Of a DNA stretch of 64,000 bases, positions 1 through 11,645 are shown piece after piece; the first letter of the stretch is position 1; each line of letters begins with the position of its first letter. The DNA lies in contig CM060732.1 of NCBI GenBank assembly GCA_030704615.1, positions 9,672,001-9,736,000 of the forward strand, in the 5' to 3' direction. Made by a program: the position numbers and the translations under genes. Source of the DNA: Takakia lepidozioides (lineage: Eukaryota > Plantae > Bryophyta). The notes under the pieces are model-generated. The model was not told where the DNA came from and searched no databases. It saw nothing but the letters and a program-made list of their open reading frames with translations.

Positions 1-1297
1 TCCAAAATATTGTCTATGTAGCCTCTGATCCCAGAGCCCATTCTCAATGCATTGATCTGATGCCGAATGTTAGGTGAACTTAAAGTGGAGAAATGATCCA
101 TGACCAGGTCCAATGCTGCACCGTCAAGTTTAGTCCCCACAGAATCTCCTTCACTCAAAATATGGCTTTCCAAGAAGGACTTGCTTGCGCCAAGAGCAAT
201 TGCAGATGTTGTTGCGGATGGGTTTCTCCCGAACTCCTGTTTGATCAACCTCGATACTGTCTCAACACTCTCCCTGTAATCCCCCTTCGAGACAGGATGG
301 TTATGGAATCCAAAATGCACACGCTCTCGTCATTGTATTCAAACGGTGACAACATAGTACATTCTTGCTCCGCAGAGCGCCAAGCAGGATGCACAAGTTT
401 GCAGAATTTGCAGACGAAAGTGTTTGCCGGTGGAGGGGCAGTCCCAGGCTGAAATGGATTTTCCGCCAGACCCTCCCATTCGCTTTGATTATGAACCCCA
501 GACTGAAGAAAGTGTCTGCAATTCAAATTATCACACCTAAGGTGTCCATTGCAAACTGTCCTCCTGAAAACACAGCTTGTCATCATTCTGAATATTGGAT
601 GTTTTTGTTCTGCACCACGGGTGCCCGTCGTGTTTCTTGTCCATTCCATGCATCATGATTGTTACACCTCCAACTCGCGGAGGAGGAGGCAGCTCGAATA
701 GGATATCGCCATCAAAAGTCTCCGGCAAGAACTTCACAGGCACCTGCTTCAAAGATTCCCAATCAATTCCCCGCAACTCACTTTTGAATCCAGCCATTCC
801 TCCCATCGCCCGCAATTTTGGAATGACACTACAAATCTCTTCTTCATCAGCTTCTGCAACCACAGTAGGAAGGACTGGATTTGGAATTTCACTTATGTCA
901 TCATCGGAAGAATCCGAAAGCTCAACGATTGGAGTGGAGGAAGTCTGTTCTTTTTTTCACCACCACCCCCTCTTGTCTTCAACGACCGAAGCAGCAGTCC
1001 CGGGCGTCACATATGACCCAAGGGACTTTCACCGAGGCTCTCCAAGTACTCTGTATCGACCAGGACGCACTCTCCACTGGCTGATATGAGCCGTCTCATC
1101 ACGGTTTTGGAAAGAAATTTCACCAATTTCCCTTTCAGATCGTAAACCTCTTTCTCCAAAAAGATGGAGCCATTCTGCAGCTGAAAACGGGTAGCCAAGA
1201 CATGTTCCAGAACAATTGCAAATCCATTGTCAAGGACTTCCTGGGAGAACGGCACTGGTTTGTCGTCTGAGAAGAACTCCGCTTCAGAGGAAGCCAT
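1..1297 (-). pseudogene. Frameshifted GCM-type zinc-finger protein, probably a Mutator-like (WRKY/GCM1 superfamily) transposase N-terminus; runs off the window edge
   Basis: Joining ORFs 1007-1297, 537-863, 245-649 and the frame running to position 1 gives DGHPW..TSNI..GHLRCDNLNC..NQSEWEG..CKFCK..CLALCGARMYYV..TRAC.HFGFHNHPVSKG..SAIALGASK..VMDHFSTLSSPNIR. The Cys/His spacing is GCM-like. There are several 1-bp frameshifts, and no DDE catalytic domain lies inside the window. Confidence 0.6.
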
Positions 1298-2150
1298 CTT
1301 CCTTCCTCGAGTATGTTTGTACCTTGCTATCGCAGATCTAGTGTAAATCGGTTTACTGCTGTCTCCAGAACACAGTTGAAGAATGAACAGAGAATATGGC
1401 GGAGGAAGCTCAGATAACGACTGTGCATATTCTGTTATTCATTCCAGATATGCAGCCGTCCATTTTAATTACTTTTCTTGTGGGCCCAGTGGTCAGAGTA
1501 TCCCTAGGGGCAGTGTCGGCAACTGTTAAAACCCGTTAATCAGAACCTCATCAATAAACCCAATAACAAAGCCGACTTCCTGGAAGCATGCCACAGGATC
1601 TGAGAATGGGATTGCAGATTAAGTAAATGTATCTATATACTACTACCAATGATCATGCGCACCTGGAAAGTTCCAAATGTGAAACGAATGTGGGGTTTGG
1701 CTAACAAGGATAACCGTGTATGATATTCCAAAATTTGTCATCAAACTCTCGTTCATTTATATTTATTTGTTTAAGACTGCGCATCAATTTCTAGGATTCG
1801 CTGTTCTTTTTAAATATTGAACCCGTTAATAAAGAAACACGCCGTTTTTTTGGGCGGCACACGTCAGACATCCATAACTGAATACGAACAGTTGTACACC
1901 ATTGCTGGCATGTGCACTAATAAGGAAACGACTATGTGTAACTGTCACGCGGGAGGGAATCCGATGCTTCTAGAGACACGCAAGAACGCAGGCAATCCCG
2001 CAAGAAATCGGGAGTCACTGCGTTTTTCTACTTTTCGCGCTTAGAGGGAGAGTGGTAGTCAAGCTGGAGAGGGTTCCTTCTAGAATACGAAAGAGAAGAA
2101 AGTCTCTTTATTTTACTTCACTTAGAGAGAGACGCAGAGCAAGAGAGAAA

Positions 2151-4199
2151 ATGACGTCGTTTGTTGGAGAACACAGGGCCAAGGCAGCAGGTGAACGCGG
2201 AGACTGATTCACAAGAGCAGACGGAGACTGAGGTAGCGGCTGCGTCACAGTCGGCGATAAGAGTGCGTCAGCCTGTGGAGGCAGAGATGATTCGCAGGGA
2301 CACTGAAGAAGGTGGAAGCACGCGGAACGCCGAACCTGGGAGAAGGTCAAGAAACCCTTGCGCAGACAGAAACTCCAGCAGATGTGAGAGGGAAGAGGAA
2401 AGCTGCAGAAGGGGATCAAATTTCAAAACCTAAGAAGGTGCCAGTAAGTTTTATCATATAGTCTGTCTGATTGCCTTTCAAGGAGTCCTTCCTCTTCCAT
2501 TCTTTAGCAGGAACTACTGAATCGCGAGCGTCGTTAACGCCATTCGATTCTCCTCATGAGATTTATGTACCTATGTGTTTGAAGAGAGAGTCTGCACTTA
2601 CTATTCTCCCTAAACTACACTGAATGTCGTTGCCGCCAATCAGTTGCACATGTATGTCATTACACAACACCGATCCGGCAGGTCGTTATCTTTTGTGATT
2701 GTCGTTAACGCCGCTCGCTATCGCTCTCGTTTTTGTTTTGAATACGGCAGTCTCGGCTTTGCATGTGTAGATTGTGCTGAATTCTTTCACACCATTCATG
2801 GTGAGTTTCCTTGATACAGAGTGATGGTCGTTACCGCCATTCACTATTTGCAAATCACTCAGTCAGAACAGAATGGCATCGTGCAGAAAACTGTGAGGTC
2901 GAAGCCTACAGGATCAGAGGGGAAAGGATCTGGAGATGGGGATGAGTCCGCAAAAAGCTCAGAGAATACAGATGAAGCAGATGAATCCGAAGTGCACTAC
3001 CTTGACAAGGTGAAAGAACTCATGTCATTCCAGAAGGTAAACTCTCAGGAGGTTATAAGGGACATGCTCGTATCTGGAGGGCGTCTGGACATACCTCTGT
3101 GCCGGATGATATCAATGCCTGTTGTGCTCCACCTCTTTCCCATGACATAACAAAATTGGAGAGTGATTTTGTGCATGGATATAGACTTGGTGAACAAGTT
3201 TTTTATGTGTCACTGACGGATATAAATGGGACAACTACTGGAGTTGGGTGTTCGGGTTCTGTAACAATTTCCTCTCTGATGCAGGGACACTTCTGCTTTT
3301 TCAGTCATGTGACAATGATAGTCGTCGGGCATTGGCATCATACCTCAAGTCTTCAGGGTTTGAAGTTTTGCGCACATGGAATTGTGTGAACAGCCTCTAC
3401 CTTGTGAAAGGGGGTTTCCCTGGTCAGCTGGTATGCCGTCTCCCTTCTGCTTGTGCTTTGATCATGAGTTTCAATTTTCTCTGCAGCTCCACTCTAGTAG
3501 AATGTTTTATGATCGACACCGATCATCAACGATTCATGATTTTTTTGTGTTAGAGTTCTGAATAGCCGATGTACACACTTCCACTATAGATTGTGTTTAC
3601 CACACTAACCTGCTATCTTTGCCAGACGAGGATGTTCGAGGCGATCTGCCTGCGGAGGATTCGCACATCAAAGACACCATCCTCCATCCGCAACTTTGAG
3701 ATTTCTGACCAGGTTTGTTTCGTCAACCCCCCCTATGAGCCCCATGTCGATGACATTTTGTACAACTTCATGCAGTCCAATCAGACTCTGAAGAGACCAG
3801 ATGGCACTCCCTGGAGAGGTGCAAAGGAAAAGTCACCAGCATTCATGCAAATACTGCTGGAGTCATGCAGCCACCGCTCTGCACGGGTGGTCGATCTTTC
3901 TGTGTCCACAGGTTCATTTTTTCCCTTCCGAATTGGTTTCCTTTCAACAGTTTCATCTGCTTAAATCCCCCCTCCAAACTGTTCATGTTCTCCTGTCTGG
4001 TGCAGGAGCAACTTACCACGCATGCAAGGCAGGCGGAAGAAGCCTTTTTGGCATGGAGGGTGATTCTGACCTCTACAACACCGTGCTCCTCCCCCTTTTG
4101 TCTGGCTCCACTTCAGGCACACAGACTGATCGGATTCAAATTCGAAATGATGACGATCCCGAAGATAAGCAGGTCGACAACGACTTTTCATGTGAGTAA
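2151..4199 (+). pseudogene. Spliced, internally deleted gene: ParB-like N-terminal domain plus beta-class N6-adenine/N4-cytosine DNA methyltransferase-like domain
   Basis: The exon at ~2862-3246 reads IPLCRMISMPVV(R)PPLSHDITKLESDFVHGY..VFYVS (first half of a ParB/Srx-like domain). 3248-3430 reads NNFLSDAGTLLLF..LKSSGFEVLRTW. Intron 3431-3625 is GT..CTAAC..AG. Exon 3626-3911 reads PWRGAKEKSPAFMQILLESCS..VVDLSVSTG. Intron 3912-4005 (GT..AG) joins in frame to ATYHACKAGGRSLFGMEGD. The C-terminal part parallels HPTQKP..LI..S..GD.VLDPF.GSGTT..A..LGR..IG.E.D of N6_N4 methylases. Confidence 0.65.
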
Positions 4200-4689
4200 G
4201 TGCTAAACCCTCTTTGGGAGTCATACTCAATTTCTCGATAACATCAAAGTTACAGTAATAACTTTTTCAGGCTGTCTTTCAGGAAAGGCAGCGGTGGATC
4301 TTCAGGAGATACAGTCATTTCTGGCGAGTCTGTTTTCGACAGCCCCCTTTCCAATTTTCTGCTTCCTGTTTATGCCGAAGCAATGGCACTTCACGCGGCC
4401 GAGTCCCTATCTCCTGACTTTTTAGTGGCCAGCCGTAGGTGTATCCAGCGTGGATCCGGTGTTCTAAAATACTTAGACTTAGATGCAGAGGAAGAGGGGA
4501 TACATTGTACTGACTCTGAGTCAGACTGAACTGCATTCTTTTAATATTCATTTTCATATTATCTGGAAAACGTTGAATCCCCTTCCTCCACCGTAGTTGT
4601 TCCTTTAGAACAAATAATAATCACAGAATCAACTTTCGTTTAAATTGCTATATGTATGAATCCATCTCACAAACCTTCCTGACTCTTCT

Positions 4690-5020
4690 CATATCCATTG
4701 TGCATTCATCTACACTGTATTCATGCGTGCTCCATTCATGAAAGCTTCCTTTGTACAACATCCATTGTACATTCATCCTCTGTACTCTTTAATCCACCCC
4801 ACAAACCTTCCACACTCATTTCATATACTTTGTGCATTCGTCAAAAGATTTGGTCATGCATCTTCCTGTCATGAATTTTTGTCATTGCTCAACATCCATT
4901 ATACATTCATCCATTTTACTCTTATCCATCCGTCATTCATCCATCTACATACATTTTTCACACTCATCCATCTGTTTATCATCCAACTGTACATTCATCC
5001 ATCCTTTATTCAATGCCTTT
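4690..5020. repeat. Degenerate CATTCATCC/CATCCAT-rich low-complexity repeat, probably subterminal to the TIR at 5210
   Basis: Many copies of cattcatcc, catccat and tacattcat are visible. Confidence 0.6.
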
Positions 5021-5099
5021 TATTATGGTGTCCAGCTTGTTTCCGCGGTAAAGGGTGCCAGAATACACTCCACTTCTTTCTGGGCGCGTGTGAACTCGG

Positions 5100-5210
5100 C
5101 CTTCACGTGTGATGACGTGGACTGAGCCCCGTGACGTGGCATTTGCGCAAGGTGACGTGGCGTGAGCGCAGTTGCGCTCACGTGACCAGGCTCACGCCGA
5201 GGCATCCCTG
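5100..5210 (-). mobile_element. hAT-like element terminus (TIR CAGGGATGCC on - strand) with GTGACGTGG subterminal repeats, inserted into a Gypsy pol
   Basis: ggcatccctg at 5201-5210, with three (g/a)tgacgtgg copies just inside it. Gypsy pol homology stops exactly here (..YTKDDRRK|PGMP). Confidence 0.6.
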
Positions 5211-7980
5211 GTTTCCTCCTGTCATCTTTGGTGTAATCTTCAGGAAATTTCCCTGTGTTCAGATAGTATTTGATTGGCCATTGCCAATCACCTTGATCTT
5301 GATCCTGAATATATTTTGATTCTTCTTTGGTGATTGTATAAGCTCCAATACTGATATTGGCCAATTCTTGATTGTTTATTTCTTCGTTTTCCTTGTCATC
5401 TTCTTCTTCTGGATCTGGCTCTTCTTCAATAATAAGTCCTTCATCAAGAGGTTCATCTTCATCGGATGAATCTTCTTCTTCATCCGTGTCGTCCATGAGT
5501 TTGAGAGCATCTGGAAGGTCATAGTCTCCTTGAAACATTCCCAGAGCATTTATAGTATTTGTCTCTTCATCTGGTGGTTCTGGTTGAATAGTAAACAGAA
5601 ATGCATCGGGGAGTTGATCCTCTACCCCCGTGGCTGGTTCTCCTGTAGTAATCCTTGACAGATGATCTGCTGTAACATGTAATCTCCCTGGTTTATGAAC
5701 AACTTCAAAGTCATACTCATGAAGAAGTAATAACCATCAAGCAACCCTGCCACTAGCTAGTGGTCGATTTGCTAAATGAACTAGAGCCTGATGATCAACA
5801 ATAAACTTAAAGCGATTGCCAAGTAAATAATGCCGAAATTTTTGAACAACATAAATCATTGCCAATGCCTCCCTTTCTGTGGTGCTATAGTTCTTTTCTG
5901 CTGCTGTCAACAATCTGCTTGCATAATAGATTGGTGAATCTATTGTGCCTGTCACATTTTGAGCTAGAACCGCTCTCAAAGCAATGCCTGATGCATCACT
6001 GTGTACATGAAATGGTAAATCCCATCTTGGATTTATCAGAATTGGTGCTGTTGTGAGTGCCCTTTTTAGTGAATCAAATGATTCTTGATAAGCTGGAGAC
6101 CATCAATATTCGGCATCTTGCTTCAGCAGTCTATAGACTGGTGCTGCTCTGTGAGCATATTTGTCCATGTACCTTCTGTAATAGCTCGTCTGTCCTAGAA
6201 ATCTCTTGAGTTTCTTGGGATTTTCTGGTGGTGGTATTTTATGGATAACCTCCACTTTCTTTGGATCTACCAGAATTCCCCGTTGACACACAATGTGTCC
6301 CAATAATAATTCTGAATTCACACAGAATGTACATTTCTCCGGGTTGAGACTTACTCCATTGTTTCTGCAGGCTTGTAAGCAAAGTTTTAACTGTGCCAAA
6401 TGTTTGGATTTATGTCCAAAGACACTGAAATCATCAAAAAATACCTGCATAAAATCATTGAGATAGTTCTTGAATATCTCAGATACTGCTTGTTGAAATG
6501 TGGCTGGTGCATTGCAAAGTCCAAATGGCATGACTTTGTAAGCATATGCTCCATATTCAGTGATGAATGCGGTCTTTTCTTGGTCTTCTTCTGCCATCTG
6601 TACCTGGTTGTACCCACTAAACCCATCCATGAATGAGTACATCTCATGTCCAGCCACTGTGTCCAACACTATTTCAGTGAAAGGTAGTGGAAAAGGGTAT
6701 TTTTTGGTTCCTGCGTTTAACTTGCGGTAGTCCACACACACACTCGTAGTTTTCCATTTTTCTTGGGTACTATCGCAATGGGCGATAACCATTGTGGTGT
6801 CTCTACTGGGTATATGAATCCTGCATCCAGTAACTTCTTGATTTCTTCCCAAACTTTAGCTGCATAGTTGGGGTTCATTCTGTAACGGTTCTGACAAATT
6901 GGTTTTGTGTCAACTTCCAATTCAATTTGGTGCTGACAGATGTTAGAAGGTATACCCTTCAAATCTTTGTAGTTCCAGGCAAATACATCCTTGTATTCAG
7001 TGAATAATGCGGTGGTTTCTTGTAGAAATGATTCTTCAAGACCTGCACTTACTCGTATTATCTGTGGTTCTTCCACTGTTCCTAGATTCACTTGAATCAA
7101 TTGAGTTTCTTCCGTTATTGTCCATCCTGCAATCTCTTGTCCGATGGTTGCAATTGTGGCAGGTACTTCACGGATTTGAATGTCTTCTTGCCTTTCTTGA
7201 TAGAACCGGGCCGGGTGTTGAGGTGTGTCCATCACTTCTTCCTCTGGATCTTCAGTTCTCGAAGTATTTGGTTCTCCTTGGGTGTTCACCACGTGACATC
7301 CTACTGTTGTAGTATGCTTGACCACCAGTTGTCCAATAGGTTCCAACTGTGGGTGTGCTGCGTATACTCTGGCTTCTTCTTCATCCGACAATCCACTGGA
7401 CCAATCATATCCTTCCACTATGCAAGGTTGTTTCTCTCGTGGAATGGTACCTCGTTGCTTCGTCGTGATGGTGACTTGTTATGCTCCCTTTTTGATTGTG
7501 AGAGTCTAACTTCCCCAATTGTGGTGTGATTGGGCTTGTGTTAACCATGGTCGACCAAGTAGTAGTGAATATCCCTCTGCCACATCCTCCATTATGAGAA
7601 TGGTTACTGATATTTCGTATACCAGTCCTGCTACTTCCATTGCAAGTCGTCTGATGATCCACAATGGTTGTACTTTTCATTGATCAGCCATTCGTACCGT
7701 GAATGGAGCAGGTTCCATGTGCCCCAATCCTAATGACTTCTTCATCTTTTCTGTCATGATGTTCACTCCGGATCCTCCATCGATGAGTACATTCGTTACC
7801 ATCTTCCGTCCAATACGTACTTGTATTACGGGTATTGCTTCGTCGTAATCTGGAGTTTGTCTTATAGTTGTGGGTTTAATCGTGTAAACCTCTGGTGTTG
7901 GTTTTTGTTTTGGTGTGGGGGTCAATGCCTCAATTGCCCGAAATAAAGTTTTCTTGCAGTGTGGGCAATTTTTAATAATT
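5211..7980 (-). mobile_element. Decayed Ty3/Gypsy pol (protease, RT, RNase H, start of the integrase region), non-chromovirus (Athila/Tat-like)
   Basis: Protease VLIDGGSGVNIM. RT WLSPIAIVPKKNGKLR.CVDYRKLN, FMDGFSGYNQV, MPFGLCNAPATFQ, FFDDF. RNase H YYASRLL..EKNYSTTEREALA..DHQAL. In-frame TGA stops at ~5737, 6103 and 7677, plus frameshifts. Confidence 0.93.
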
Positions 7981-7982
7981 GT

Positions 7983-10900
7983 CCATTACGTTTATGCTTT
8001 GTGCACTACAGGCATTCCTGCAGTTGTTACAGCCAAAACAGTTCTGTGAGTCTAAAATGAAGAGAGTGAGAGGAATGGAGGAAATCAGGGTGAAGAGCAC
8101 CACAATTCTGCAGAAACAAACGATTGCTACCCCACAGGCGATACAGATACTGGAGGAGCTGAGATTGCAAGGATTGCAAAGCCTAGATTGGACATTACAC
8201 CATAGACACTACATGTTACAATTTTTGCAGAACTTTGAGCCAAGGACATGAACAACAACGGTGAAGGGAGTTGAATTGATGATTACTCCCCTATACCTCC
8301 AGCAATTGTTTCGATTGCTAGCAGGTCAGGTGCATGTGGAGGAACACAGGGCAAGACTGCAAATAGGGGACTTATTCCAAGAAGGGAGTTTCTTTAAAAC
8401 TCAGGGTTATGCTTGTACCAAGGCTGTGTACCCAGGGCTAAAAGAGGTAGGCCAGGTATTGAACGTTCTGATTGCCATGAAACAGAACCAACAGTATTTG
8501 AGCAGATCCTTCACAGGGAAATACTCAAAGGCCTGAAGGGTCAAGAGGTACAATGGGCGGACATAATGTACAACGCACTGGTGGAGGAGATGAAAAGATT
8601 ACAAGGTACTACCGCAAAGTCTCCTATCATAGTGTCTGGCCCAATCATTGCTCAAATAATCCTTGATTCTGGCATACTTGATGCGCAAGAAAGAAAGGAA
8701 ATGGGAGTGTTTGAGCTAGAAACCACTGCAATGGAAGAGCAAGGCTCTTTACACAGTGAGGGTGGACTAGCAGGGCAACCCGAGACTAAGAGGCAGAGAC
8801 AGGGAAAGACTGTAGTGGCGGATCCACTGGCTTCACGGATTCCGCATGATAATGTTTCCCAAGCTCATGGCCAGGAAGGGGCACAGCAGCACAGACAAAT
8901 GCTATTACTGGAAGCAGGACCTTCAGAGAGGGAGGAGGAAGTTACTTCTGTATCACAACCATCACAGCCAGCTGATCGACTTGTCACAAGGTCACAAGTT
9001 GTCCATGCAGCTCAACCAGAAATAATTGATTTGGAAAGAGAAGGGTTAGATATTCCAACTACAGAACAGATAGTGGCAGAAATGGAGAAGGGGGACCTTC
9101 TCTATGAATATTCTGGTCTGGTCAAGGAGACAGAGATTCCAGAGGTGCAACAGTTGCCCAAGGGAAATCCTGAGGTGCATATAATACACACACCTGTGTC
9201 GGAGGTACCACAGGCGGAAGGTCATGACACTGTAGCACCGGTGATAGATGAAGTGGTTCAGGAAGAAAATCCGGTGGGACAATGGCCTGAGTGGTTCGTG
9301 AGACATCACACTGTTGAGGATCAGGAGGAACAGCAACAACCTCACCATGATGACCCTCAACAGGCAATGCTGATGAGTTCCATAGGCAGGACACTTAATT
9401 TGTTGGGGAATTATGTCAAATCCCATGTTCCAATTACCCAATTGACAGCCTTGAGAGAGGAACTCAGGAAGGAGTTTGAGGCTCGACTAGCCACTGAGTG
9501 TGCAAACAAGGTCGATGAAGAGGTCACTCTCAAGATGCAGCAGGACTTGGGAAATACAGAAGCGGCTTTGCAATTGGCCAAGGAACAATTGATTGAGGCA
9601 GGCCTCGCGCAAGACCAGTTGCACGAAGCACATAAGCAACAGCTATACCAAATGCAGGTGCAGCATGAAAGCAAGTTGCAAGAAGTGAATGCACTACATA
9701 CGGAGTTGCAGACAGTGCATGACAGGATGGCGATACAATGTGCTACATTCACAACTATGCTTGACCAATCTACAAAAGAAATAAACAGTCAAGCGGAAAA
9801 ATGTACGAAGGCAGAAGAAGAGAATGTTGAGCAAATGAAGCTCATTGTCGATATGAAGAATACAATCTGTCGCAATGAGGATACTTTCAAGCAATACAGG
9901 CAGATTGAAGCTGATCAAGAGAAGCACATCGTGGAGTTGCAACAAACCATCATGGCCAATAGAAATGAAATCGCGGTCAATAACAAGGCTCGGAAGGAAG
10001 CCAATAATCTACTTGCTGCTTATGCGCAATTGGTTGAACCTCATGCGAAGCGCATGGAGGCTTTACAACAGCAATTAGAAGTGTACAAGCTAAGAGAGGA
10101 GCAAACTCTCAGGGGAACCACAAGCAACTTGGTGGATAACAGCCTTATGCAGGTCTGGTTAGCACAAGGGCCAGTAGAGGGCAAAGCACCACGAAAGCTC
10201 ACCCAAAGCGAGATGAATGAGCTCAGGCTGCAGGTGCAGAACATTGCCACAACTACTATAGACAATGTCTATAGTAGGATAGCAGAGTTACAAGAGGATG
10301 TAGACGGACCGCAGACTCAAATGGAGGACCTCACTTCAAACATCAACAAAAGAGTCTATATCCCTCAGGAACAGCTAATGGCTTCTTATTTACAAGCCAG
10401 AACTTTGGCTTTTCAGTCTTCACAGGAGGTGCAGGAGATGCCAATGATACAAGAGCCAGTACCACCACCACCACAACAAGTCACTGTACCAGTAGCTGAA
10501 CCTGTGGTTACTACAACCACACCACAACCACCACAGCCTGAGGTATGGGGCAATGCAGCTTTTAACCCACCTAAAACTCCAGCTGCAAGGGAGTACAGTA
10601 GGGCTATGATTATGCCATTCAACCAAATTCCCATCATGTTGGATTTGGCTTGGAAAGAATTTAGTCCTCCGCAGTCATTCGCACATTACTACCAAATCAT
10701 GCGTATTTGGCTGCCAGTGGCAACTAGGACTAAAGTTCTTCCGAACAATCGACATATTGAAGATCATCACTTTGCACAATACTGGCACGAGGCAGGTACC
10801 ATGTTGAGGGAATTGATTGCTTTCCAGGTTGTACATGGACTCATTTATACCAAGACCAAGGAGGTAGCAAGTATTGTCATGGGATGCGGGTTATACTACG

Positions 10901-11607
10901 CTGCTTGTTTTCTGGTACGTTACCACATTGAGCAACAAAAGATGCAAACACGCTTTCTGAGTTATTCCAGTGGAGATCATTGGGTATTACCTTCGGTGCC
11001 ACCTCATATGTACCTATATGACCCAAAAGTTATGATGCAAAAGGATTCTCAAATTCGTTCATGGTTTCAAGCGGCCTGGAACAATTTGTCAACACAGAAA
11101 TTCGGCATTGATGATATTTTCTATAAGGGACATGTGGCATGGAAATACTTGCACGCTGCACCAGTAATTGGTACCCCACTCACCTGGACAGACAAGGAGC
11201 TCAGTGTCTACACCAATTTTGCTGTTCAGCGGTTACACCAAGTTGTAAAATATAAACTTCCAGACATGGTAGGACAGCATTGTATGCCCCAGATGATTCC
11301 ACAAAAAGTTCGAAAATTAAAACACCTGAGAGGCGATGAGGATTCTGATACAACTGTTTCTTCACCGAATTCTTTTGACATGGGAGAAGACTATGCAGTT
11401 CAGATGGCAGAGAAGAAGCGATGGGGGTCTCCTATGCCGGAAAGGTTACCTCGATATCAGCCTCCAGAGGGCCTCACTTATCCAGGTAGTGATCAACCAT
11501 CTCCGTCAACCAGAGACAGACCTCGGGCTCGTATACACAGTCCGCCACGAAACTCTCAACGTAAAAAAGGTGCTCACTCACAAAGGTTTGCTAGTCGAAA
11601 TCAGTAA
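7983..11607 (+). CDS. Large extra (env-position) ORF of an LTR retrotransposon, copy 1; coiled-coil protein, 5'-truncated, with ~1030 codons open
   Basis: The 1064-aa ORF at 8413-11607 continues upstream through ORFs 7979-8251 and 8261-8536 (one stop, one frameshift relative to copy 2). It has a Q/E-rich heptad region and ends ~20 bp before a PPT and LTR. It is highly similar to 41299-45046. Confidence 0.8.
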
Positions 11608-11626
11608 ACCGTGAGGACACGGCTTT

Positions 11627-11645
11627 TTGAGGGGGGAAGGGGTAA
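11627..11645 (+). promoter_or_regulatory. Polypurine tract
   Basis: gaggggggaaggggtaa lies directly before the TG of the LTR and follows the Gypsy-typical ccgtgaggacacgg-ttttt sequence. Confidence 0.85.
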
